This document shows, piece after piece, positions 12,601 to 24,600 of a DNA stretch of 64,000 nucleotides. Both the position numbers and the translations under genes were made by a program. Each line of letters starts with the position of its first letter. Position 1 is the stretch's first letter. The notes under the pieces were generated by a model. That model was not told the origin of the DNA, did not search any database, and saw only the letters and a list, made by a program, of their open reading frames with translations. The DNA is from Podarcis gaigeae (lineage: Eukaryota), in the NCBI GenBank assembly GCA_964106915.2, contig OZ066924.1; one strand, 5' to 3'.

Positions 12601-15600
12601 TTCATTCTACAGTACTAAAATGCTGCTGAAATATAAATCTGATGCTTGCTGTAATAAAACAGTTACAATAGCCAAGCCTGTATTCTGAAAGCTGTAGTTG
12701 ATGGAATTTGGGGTAGTGCAAAGAACATTACTCTTGTGTTGTTCTTAAATGTATATGGAAAACAAAAAATGAGAAAAATAAAGGTTTTTGATTACCAGGA
12801 GAATCTCTTCAACTGTTCCCATCTGACTAAGGAGCAAGCCCTCAAAAGCCTAGAGATGAATCCTCTTAAAATGGTCTCTATTAACTTGTCAAAACAACAA
12901 TATGGTTTGGGTTCAAGTGAAAAATTCATGCCAACAATGACAACTGATATTCTATATTCAATGACCAAATGACTTATTTGTATTAAAATATTCAAGATAC
13001 ATTATCCAAACAACGGAGTTAACTTTCAAAATATCTACAAGCTTGAATACTGAAAATTGAGTAGGTCTACTATAAAGGAGCAGGACTTTAGGAAATATAT
13101 ACGTACCTATACCGCTTGCCTTTTGCTCCACAATAGTTCTTGGTGGTCGGAAATAACTGTTGGTTTCTGTTGGGACCTAGATATGGGAAATGGATAATTA
13201 AGAACAAAAACAGACTAGTGGGATTGTAGAATCCATTAAGCTTGAAACAGCAGCCTGTTCATGACAGACAAGTATTAATAAGCCATATGATGCATTAGTA
13301 GAGATACCAAAACAATATGGAAGGTCATGCAATATTGCTGAAGGGAATCCAGTTCACTCATGAGATCCTTGCAATGAAGTGGTGCAAGCAGGCATTCATG
13401 ATGACAAAAACAGGACAGACACCAAGAAAGATATGAAAACACAGACAACTGTGTCATTTTAGTTTACCAAATGAACACTCCTAAACTGCGCCTGTATTGG
13501 AAGGGAGAGGAAGTGGAAAAAAAGGAAACACAGACAGGCTGATGAGGTCACCTTACAGTCACTGATCCATGCACAGGCTCTTATCAGGGTAAACGCCTGA
13601 TGTTCACAACCTTTAACCTAAAACTCTTTTTTTCTATATCCAAGCAATTTTTAGTTTCAATAGGACATCAAAATAACATTCTTTTTTGGGGGGAGGGTTT
13701 CCGGTAACAGGGCACCATCCATTGTTTAGTACAACCATTTGTAAGTATTTTATTTTATATCCAACATTAGTCCTACTCAGAACAGACCCACTGAAATGAA
13801 CAGATATGACTAATTTGGTTTCATTAATTTCAATGGGTCTACTTTGGGTATATCTGAGTTGGATAAAAGCTGTACACTATTCTATTTTACTGTTCAGTAT
13901 ATGTACTATATTACTTAATTCCCCCAATATGTCAAATTTCACAATGTTATACATTACAATGGATGAAGAACTGTCTTCAGAACAAAGAGAGAGAGAGAAA
14001 GGATACCTCCAGTTCACAAGTAGAGAAATAATGATTAGTACTAACAATTTTTTTCTTGAACAGTTAATAGGCCGTTGAAAGGACAATCTACGCTAATCCC
14101 AACTGTGGAATACCAATATTGGACCCCAATCCAATTACTTCAAATCACATTTTGTTTCATTTATTAGACAATCATTTTAATGCACCTGCCACCAAATTAC
14201 TCAATGCTGTTTTTGTTTTGCTTTGTAAGTAAAAAAAAAGAAAAGTCTTAAAGGACAACTAAGCCAAAGCTGATGTCTATTTCATGAGGAACTAACTATT
14301 TCCATCTCTACAGTGCTGAAAAGAAACCAACTGAAAACCAAACAATCAACTACATTCAGTGAAACTTGTGTAGGAAAAAAAAAAAAACATGCACTTGCTT
14401 TTTTCCCCCCCGAGCATTCTTGGAAGTAACTAGTGTTGTTGTTTTTTAAATCACATTTTAATGACAGGTGAAATAATTTTCTTTGAATAAAATCCAGAAC
14501 AAGGGATTAGATGTCCTTAAAGACAGCTGTTTTCTGCTTGGANNNNNNNNNNNNNNNNNNNNNNNNNNNNNNNNNNNNNNNNNNNNNNNNNNNNNNNNNN
14601 NNNNNNNNNNNNNNNNNNNNNNNNNNNNNNNNNNNNNNNNNNNNNNNNNNNNNNNNNNNNNNNNNNNNNNNNNNNNNNNNNNNNNNNNNNNNNNNNNNNN
14701 NNNNNNCAGGTACCAATACACTCTGGGCTAGACACACTCAGGGGGCTCTCTTCCTGGAAGTGAGAAAGGGGGCAAAAAAACAGCAAAGCATGCAACGTTA
14801 GATTCATAGCCAAATGATAAGAAAATGAAATACAGTTTTGTCTGCACCCTTTTCTAAATAACTTTAACAGCATTATACAGTAATGAGCCGTGTTTCCTAT
14901 AATAAAATCACACAATACAAACAACTGGAAATACTCAGCTACTATTTTCACTACAGACACTTAAACAGTACTAATGACAAGGAAACTGAATATGTACATA
15001 TTTTAAAAATGTCACCGTTAATTGTGTTCCTCTCTGCCTGTGCTGCGTTCACTATTAATAAAGCACATATTTCACAAAAACATGTAACTGGCCTCTGATG
15101 ACACTAACAACATTTTCTTAATTTTAGTGTCTCAGTTTTCTCCCTAACAAAACACGCCAGTAAAATTTAATCTTCATTCTGTATCCACATGCCACATCTA
15201 TCCTCTGCATAAGCATTATACATCCTGCCTAAGCTCCAGGACCAACTCTAAGAACTAAACCAAACACCAGGGACAGGCTGGCACACCAACAATGCTGTTA
15301 TAATTTAGGTCTAGATCAAGACATTCACAAGAAACAGAGTCAGGACCACACTGAAAGAACATAACAGATACATTTCTGTTCAATATATATTTAGGGAGCC
15401 TTGATCTTCAAGGTTAAGTTGTTTGATTTTTGTTCACTTTCTCCAAATAGAAGAGAATCAGCTTCACGTTGCTTTACACACCATTTAAAAATTAATCTTT
15501 TTAAAATGGTATTTTATTGAAGTGGGAAAGAATTCTAAATTCAGCTAAAAAGAATCACTCCATGTTCCTATCAATGAATACACAGAATGTCCCAAGAAGA

Positions 15601-18600
15601 AAGAAAAATATAATGTAAAAAATGAAGCCATGATTTCCAAATCTTTCTATATTAAAGTTTCAGGCTAGTAAAGTCAGCAAAATAAAAACAGTGTTTATTG
15701 ACAGGGAAAAGCAGAATTTACAACTATGTGTGAAAAATTACAAAGGATATGTAGAATACTGCTCAACATTAATGTTTGCCTGCTGGAAAAACCCACAGCA
15801 TTTATTAGGATATTCGTGTATCATCACATAAAAAACCTGGAACATCATAATAATTAAAATATTTTTGGATCCCTAAGAAATATACATATAATTTCTCTCT
15901 GATAAAGACTGTCATGATCAGTAACAAACACATGTGCCCGCATTGGGGAGAGAGTGGGCTGGATGGGAGGGGTGGGGAGGGAAAAGAATTTGGTTTAAAC
16001 AGGCTATAAACTTTATTCGCTACAGGTTTGATGAACTGGAAACACAAGGGTAGAACTAAGAAGTCAAGTGACCTGCCTGCTGTTAGAAGAGTCCAGGCCC
16101 GCCTGCTGAAAAGTGGGATGGTCAAAAGGTGGCAGGATCGTCTGTAGCCTTGAGCAACCACCTACCAGAGTGCAGGTATTATGCCAGTGACTAGTAGTGA
16201 GCTGATGCACAATTTGTGAAGGCATCTCTTAGTACAATTAGGCTAAGATCCAAATAACAGCATAAATAATTCTGCACACACACAGAGGCTTAGTACTTGG
16301 AATTTTAGATGTTGGGTCCTGAACAACACATGGCACTTATGAAACGGAGAGGAGTTTTTGAAAAACGGAGATACAACATGGGATCTTTGCTTCAGAGGAA
16401 AAAGGTAAATAAAATAAAATAAAAATAAAAATCCCATAGGATATATACAAGATCTTGGATACAAAATGAGTTTTTTTTAGCCTTCATATTTATCACAGCT
16501 CAAGACAGCCAAATAATAGTATAGAATTCAATCAATAATATCAAATGGCCAAATTATTTGGAATTATTCATTTTGTAGCATCTAAGTCTGGAGATAGTAC
16601 AACCCACTCCCCAAAAGTCTTTGCTCCTGACTTGTCAAGGGACAAGGGCTGTTACACAAACTAGTGCCCACAATGACACCAGAAATAAATTGTAACATAT
16701 ACAGCATTCACATATCACAGTATCTAGCAGTTGATGGTTTATCATGAATGTGCAGAACGCTCCTTCCCTCTAGCTAGTGAGAGCAGCAAACCACACTCCC
16801 TGGCTTAGCATTCCATCCAAACTAGGAATATGGTTTGTTTTTGGCTTAATGTCATGATTTGTTTGGAATAGAACAAACCATGGTTCCTAGGTTCAGATGC
16901 AACACTAAACCAGGGATTGTGGTTTATTGCTCCTGCTGGCTGTACAAGAAAAGCAAAGGTGGGGTGATCTCTGCATTCATGGTAAACCATCAGTTACGGT
17001 TTACTGTGTTGTGTGAACTGGGCCATACTGCTTCTTGCAATTTTATTCTGTTACTGAAAAATGATTGGTAAAAAGAGAAACTCTCTCCTCACCTACTTCA
17101 CTATTCTGAAGTAGCCCTTGTAAATATGACAGACCTCTGCATCAACCTTGATTCAGAATATTTAAGATTTTGGGACAGAAGACATATCTTTCATATTGAT
17201 AAGATAATGTCTCATCTTTCAGGGTACACTACAACAATCAGTTATATTAGGAAACATATATATTGGGAAGAACCATAACATTCTTGCAAAGGGCAAAAAA
17301 TGTCTTTAACTATTTATTGTAGAATAATACATTTTGTAAGATTGTATATGCAAGCAATGTAGATTAGTCAGCCTGAAGACTAACTTAGACCTTGTTAAGT
17401 GATCCAAACTCCTCTGAATAGTGGTATCTTTCGGTTATTAATTTATGGAAGTGTCTGAAGCAATGTTAAAGTCCTAAGAGAACTACAGCTATGTATTTGC
17501 CATGCATTAAAAAAGAGAAAAAGAAATGTGAAAATCTCTCTAAAACAGGAGCCTGTTTCTACAGTAGTTAAGCATGGGAACAGCAAACTTACTTCTGATG
17601 AACCAATTTTCCTGGGTCTTGGAAGAGGCGACTTTCTGTGTATATGAATTGGATCTGACACCAATGGCTTGAAGATCATTACAGATCGATCTGTTTCATC
17701 CCTTCTACAAGCATGTGATTCCTCATCACTTTCATTTTTCTGGGAGTTTTTCCTTGAGCCATCATTCTGGAAGAAAATGGATGTTTCATGTGACACAAAA
17801 CATTCGGCAGGTGGAAAACATAATTCCTTCAAATATTAAGGATTATGGCCCTTGGATACCAATAGCAACAAACCACGTACCACATGCGTTTGGATAAAGC
17901 AACTTCCTATGGAGCTATGGGAATGTACATGAAAGCACATTCGGTCAGGCCCTAGCAACTGTCTCCAATTCTGAAGACAATGATTTGTCCATTATGAATG
18001 TTACTTTCAAGAAAACAAATTTTTCTTAGTATCTGGCGGGGCAATCCATACCCCAACAAGGGAGCTGTTCACACCATCTGGGGCAGAGGACAGTGGACTG
18101 GCAAAAGTCTGCTCTTGCCTACCTCAGTCTGGAGCTGGCATCATGACCAGACCCAGATTGAGCCCATTGCCACCAAGTGGGACCAGCTAGAGATTCAGCA
18201 GATCACAGGCTGGCCAAGTCCCTCCAAGCAGCACCCTGTTTTGGTGCTTTTTTGCAGACAACTGCTGATGGGAAGGCCTTTTGTTAGGTGAAACTGGGGG
18301 CTCAGTCGCAGGCAGAGGCCAGTGGAGCTGTTCTTGGCTGGGTGGAAGAAGACCTTATTCCCAACACTTCCTTCACCCATGTAAGGGCTTTTCTGAACAT
18401 GTGTGGGTCTGGGTGTGAGGTGGGGTGCTCAAGTATGCTCTGTGTGTGATTGAGAGAAAGGTACTTGGGCAGAGAAAGATGTAGGTATGTATGGTGTGCG
18501 CACACGTGCATGATAGTGAGAGTTAAATGGAGGCATTTGTGTGTGTGACTGTGTGCACGTGACGTGTATGCGAGAGAAATACAAGTGTGTCCTTGGTCTG

Positions 18601-21600
18601 CATGTGTGTGGCATATGCAATGTGAGGGAGAGGGGGGAAAGAGTGTGATATGGCCACCTTGTACATTTTTCCTGGTACTGGGGAATGCTTCTTGTTAAGA
18701 CAGCGACAGCATTGTTTTGTGCAGGTGACATGGTGTAACCTCCACAACATAATGTTGTCCAGGGTAGCAGCAATGACAGTACACCCTCTAATTTTGTGAC
18801 ATGCCACATCCCCATGGCAGCCATGTTGTGACAGATGGCCACAGCTTTTCCTCAAAATTCAAAATGTGATATTTTCTTCAAATAAGTGGGAAAGGTACAA
18901 CAACACAAGCTGTGTTATGTCATGGTACAATATTAAGCATTCAGCTACTGTGAAAAGTCCTGCTCAAATTTCATGTACGTAAGAAACATTTTAAAGAGTG
19001 TTTACCTCCCGTGAAGCAGGTCTGTATCCGAAGCCTGACGGTAAATTTTTATCTTCTTCACAGCCTTTAGCTCCTGGACTGAAGTGCAATTCCACATGGA
19101 AACGCTCCTCTGATGAAAGCTCCTAAAGAAAATGGACAAGGAGTTAAACTATGTTTCCAAGTATATAATGCTGGTTTGCCTATGTGCTTAGCATTTCTTT
19201 ACCTTGTTTGGATCCTCATACAGCATGATCACAATCTGAGTCATGTAATTGAGTTCACTGACAGCATTTAGATAATCCATAGCTCGTTTCCACTGTTCGT
19301 CTTTTGATGGCTTAGATCAAAAGAAATTCACAGGTTTAGTACTGCAAGCATATGGGTGACAATTTCTTTCTAATCTCTACATTCTCTTAACTTCTAATTG
19401 TTAGCTTCTAACTCAAGGGCTGCAATTTGAAACACCAAGGACAAAACATTAAGCACAACTGACTTACTTCTAAGCAAGCCTACATAGGATTGCATGGCAC
19501 TATAATAAAATGCATTCTTATACAGGCCAATGTTACATCACTTTTACATCTTTTCCCAAAACCTATCATAATTTAAATATTATTATTATTTGCAAAGCAA
19601 AACTGAAATACAAAGCATTTTCATAACTGTACAGGCAAAAATACTTCAAGGAGCATATAATTTAAAAATGATAACAATGGGTTGGGGAAGATAACAAGTG
19701 GTGATGATGGAAAAGTGCAGTACACATGCTGTGCATGTGGTTACAAGCAAGAAGAAGGATTACAGAGTTTAGGTTTACCAGCATGCCCACAACTGAAATT
19801 CTGTCATTTCTATAGCTATTTAGCAGCAACCCCCTTCTACAAATAGCTTGCGCCTCTCTTCATAATGATCAATTTGCAGAATATCAGTCAGAGAAATGTG
19901 CTGGACTGTGTCTGAGAATATCATATAGATTTTAAAAGGTCAAGTGGCAGATATTTCAAAACATGGAACAGATAAAATAACTCACAGTAGCCTTTTCCAC
20001 ACGTTTCAGAACAAAGATAAGTCAATGAAAGGTAACAGAACTATTTCTGCCTATGGGGAAAACCCCCAACTACACATAGTAGTATAAAGTTTGCATTATT
20101 CAAAATGTTTTTAGGACATGGCTCTCCAAATCCACCCAGAGCTCTCCCAGTAGATTTTCTGTAATGCAAAGTTTATTCCCGTGGGAGTGGCATTTTGAGT
20201 TGCCACATAATACTTCTACCTAAATAATAATAATAAAGTACCCTGCACATTTCCAAAAGTGATGAGCATACACAACTCAACTAAAACAACCAGAAGAGGA
20301 TATCACTTACATCACATAAAGAACCGAAGCGAAGAGTTGATAGTAAGGAATGGACATGGCTCTCACTGGTGAAGTATAGCCTAGTTCGGACATGACGTTC
20401 AGGAGACATAACCCCACTGGAATACCTAAGAGCAAAATAATCTGAGACAGTAAACAAGTATTATACAGGCTCGTGAGTACCTGTAGAGAAAGCAAGAGAG
20501 CTTAAAGTGCATCTCCCCATCATCAAAATTTCTAAAGATAAAAAAAAATCCAGAATAATTTCCCAAACTCTCTTAAATTGGTGAAAGAGTACCTGTGTAA
20601 TGACCATGCAGTGAACAAATTTCACATTTCCCCCCTTTTGTTTCATAAGATCAGTCCCCCCCCCCCCCCCGGAAAAAAATATATCTTGTATTTCTTACTA
20701 TAATAGTCTTTTTTAAAAGCAAAATGTAGTCATGCTGCAGTTGGCGTGGCTGGGAGTATTATGAAGACTCTTTATCTTACAAGAATATGGTGGTGGTTAC
20801 TGCAGTTTAATGACAGAACAGCAGGCAGGCAGGCAAGCAGCACGGGTCGTGGCTGGCCAAGACGTGCTATGAAGGAACAGTGAGGATGGGGAAAAGGGCA
20901 GTTCCCCAGCAGCAGTCTTGTTCTGCTGCTGCTTCTGTTTTGGCCTCAGCAGCATTGGAGGCTGATGAGAAAGCAGCAGCAGCAGCAGAACAGGACGGTT
21001 GGTGGGGATCTGCCCTGGCAGGCAAGCAGCCTTGGGGGCGAGGAGGCAGCAAGCAGGATTTGGTTATCATACTTTTACTCAACAAATGGCTAAATTCATG
21101 TCACTATAAAAGTAACAAGAAAGTACCACTACCAAGTTTTCCAAGCAAAAAGGAACTTACAAAGGGTGGAGCTTGTTAACTGTATCATCATCTTGAGTTC
21201 TTTGAAGATCGGACCGGATTTTCCTCAGTAGTGGATTGCAGTACCCTTTAGCTATTTCTATTTTCTCAGCTGCAGTAATACCATATTCCTGGATGAGAAG
21301 AGCATAATTAAAAATAAGCTACAATGTGCACTGAATATATGCATGGCATGCTACAATATTTTGCTATAGGACCCCATTTGTTCTTTCTATTTCAGATTAA
21401 ATTCTCTGAGCGCAATCACTTATCAGTTATGCAGCTAAATGTGCACCATTCATGTGCAGTCAGGGTAATCCTGAGGTTTGCAGAAGCACAAAACATCACT
21501 TGGAAAAATCCTAAGGGGTGGGGAGACACTCAAAAGAACCCACGGAGGACTGAGTATATCAAGTGCCCACACAATACTGACTGTTGAAAGGGAGGGGGTA

Positions 21601-24600
21601 AAACCAAGATGGGAGGGGAATGGAATACAGTGGTCGCAACTCTGTTTGCTTGTAAATTTCCATTCCTCATGATCTGATGTCAAAATCTAGACCATGTGTC
21701 ACAATAGGTTTTTAATGTCTTGCATCGACTGGTTGCAGGAACCTACTTGTCACTCGCTTATTATGGCTTGGGAGTTAGTTGCACTTTGGCTCCATTAAAA
21801 TAAATGGTGTAAGTTAGTCACTGATTAGGTCCTACTAATTTCAATAGGAGCTAAGCAATGACTAACCTGCCCCATTTATTTTACTAGGACCAAAGTAGCT
21901 TAGGCTGTAATCTTCTGCCTGCTTAACCAGGGAGTAAGTCTCATTGTACTCAATGGCACTTACAGTACACATGTACAGGATTGCACTGGATTTAGCCAAT
22001 ATATAGAAAAGATACGTCTATGTAATTATTAGATTACATATCCTCTAGATTTTTCCTTTTTTAATTTAATAAGGAACAGAAACAAACAATATTTTTTTCA
22101 ATATATACCATTTATAAAAACTGGTTAGTGAACCACAAATCGTTTGGAAATAGTTATAGATTGCCATATTGATTAGCAAGCATAACCAGTATGAAACATC
22201 TAGTTGTTGCAGAATACTATTGTAGAGTACATACCTGTGGTATAACAATGTCAGCTAACGCCTTTGACAGTCTATATAGTTCCATTGTGTTTTCTAGTTT
22301 TAAAGAGACATTATGCTGGACATCATACTTAATACAGTCATAGATATCTGGAATTTTACTGATGTCATATCTTCCATTCTTTGTTTTAAAGTCCTTTTCA
22401 AGCTTGGACCACCTACGCAACATTAGCTCCAGCGTTTCACTGTGGTAAAGCTGAATATCTAGGTGGACAATTATTAGTGAAGAATAATCAAATCAGGTAA
22501 CATGAAGTAAAATCAAATGAAACATTAAGAAAATTTATGATCTAGTATATTCTAGTTAGAATTATCTCATGTATATTTGCTTTCACATCAAATATATCCT
22601 TTTCCAGATTAAAGAATGCAACCCACTTACATGACAAAAGTCATGACCTAAACAAGCTCTAGTAAAGGACTGAACAGTTCATATTGTTCTGATGGGTAGC
22701 TTTATTAACTAAAGAGGGATAGATTGTTACATTGGCCACAGAAAGAACATTTTTTTCAATTTTAGTTGTTTTCTTCTAAAACTATTTTTGTTAAATTCAT
22801 TTCCTCCCCCTGCACCCCCGTGCAAACTCTCTCTGCGCCATGGGTTTTCTCCAATCTAGTTAACTCTGCCCCTCCTTTTTTTGTCTTCGTCTCATAGCAT
22901 ACTCTCTTCTCTTTGCACCCACATTTCTCAACTGGCCGTTTTTACCACTGCGTGCCACACCACCCTCTCTTCTTTTGGGTCACCATAAATCTCTTGGCAC
23001 CCTATCTTTTCTTCACTAATAACTCACTATTAGTATATATTTTAGTAGCTAAATTTCACTGACAGAAATACTGTCTACTCAAAATTCTTAAAACTGCCTA
23101 AGCCTTCATGGCTACAGTCTGCTTAAAATAATTGCTTACCTGCAGACTTAGGATCTTCCATCCGTCTTCTGATCTGAGATGTCAAACTCTGGATCAAGGA
23201 ATATACCTTATCACACGTCTTAACAGGGTTTTTAATGACTTGCATTGATTTTATCAGAGAAACACTGCCGGATGGTGTGAGCTGAATATCAAATAAAAAG
23301 GGAATTCATTAGCTCTATTCATTTTTATTTTTGGCTGAAGGATAATAGGATACTATAACCTCAAAACAGGTAATCTTAAGAATCATAATTTGATTTTCAA
23401 TAAATGATTGCTTTCAGGGTTTTTGTTTGTTTTTTACAATCAAGTGGTGTATAAATGTTATAAAACAAAGAAATTAAGTCCCAATGAAGTAAATGGTGCT
23501 TGTGGCACTAAAAAAGATGTTTGGTCTTATCTGAAGCACAGATTTGGTGGGTTCGGAAGCGTTCACTGGGTTGGGTAATCATCATGAGCTATGATGAAGG
23601 TAGGACAGCAGAATTGTGGGAAGTGGAGGAAAAAACACAGTGTGGTGGAAAAAACACACAGTGACAACAGAAGGACAATAGTGAAATAATAAGAAGTAAA
23701 AACACTTAACTGACAAAGGAATAGAGAGAGCCGGGAAAGCTGAACTGCTTTCGCCAAGGCTGGAGAAAAAACTGAGGAGAATCACTCCATTTTCCGCAGT
23801 TCTGCTCTCTTGCCTTTGTCATAGCTCATGATTATTACCCAGCCCAGTAAACCCTTCTTTAACGCACCAAAATTACTTTTTACCCAGTGGGTGGGATTCA
23901 ACCAAGTTTTACTCTGAGCTGATCCATTGAAATAAATCAAGATGACTAAGTTTCGCCCATTAATTTCAATAGGTCTATTTTAATAAAACTTAGTTGAATA
24001 CCACTTAATACATCTAAGACTGTTCAAACCAAAGTGCCTCTGCACTAGACATTTAGTGTGGATTTGCCATGCTTCACTCACCTACTTTCTCCAAGGCATC
24101 CACATGATGCCATCATCCAACCATTCTCATGCAATATTTTCCCTGTGGTCTTGAAAGACCAACTTTTTAAGGAAGGACAGGAAGCATAGGGCTATTTCCA
24201 GTTTTAGATGCCTTTAGTACTACTCTCCTGCCTTTTAAAGAGTGGGGCTTTGACATGGACAGCAACATATCAGAAAAATAACCATATCATTGCTCAGCAC
24301 ACATTCATTATAACACTTATATTATGTGTCAGTTTATTACTGCTTTTGTTATTTTAATTGACCTTTCAATTATCATCAAAACACTTTTCCAGTTATAATG
24401 TGTGTGTTTTTCCCCAATTCTCCTTGTGCTCCATTCAGGAGAGTTTCAGAAGATGGCTAGAAGAGAATCCACTGATTTTCAACATTTGCCCACATTCAGT
24501 ATTTAGAGCACAGTATAGTACTTTGTTATCTTCTAACCTTTTCATAGTCTTCATCAGTAAAGTCTCTGTCTCTTTGGAGTATTTCATTAAGGCGTGCCTT

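Noticed and set aside
14458-14960. ORFs spanning the X run
   Set aside because: Gap artefacts, apart from the true exon segment 14707-14753
16073-16161. Possible cassette exon ([23 protein letters not shown], 69 nt from 16141)
   Set aside because: The in-frame acceptor has no pyrimidine tract and the donor gtcact is weak; the better acceptor at 16161 gives a frameshift
17093-17146. Possible 54-nt exon ending TAG|gtgagg
   Set aside because: Weak AAG acceptor and it ends in a stop; insufficient support
20867-21179. Ala/Gln-rich ORFs with a small CTG/CAG hairpin
   Set aside because: Intronic simple-repeat or decayed repeat sequence without coherent splice sites
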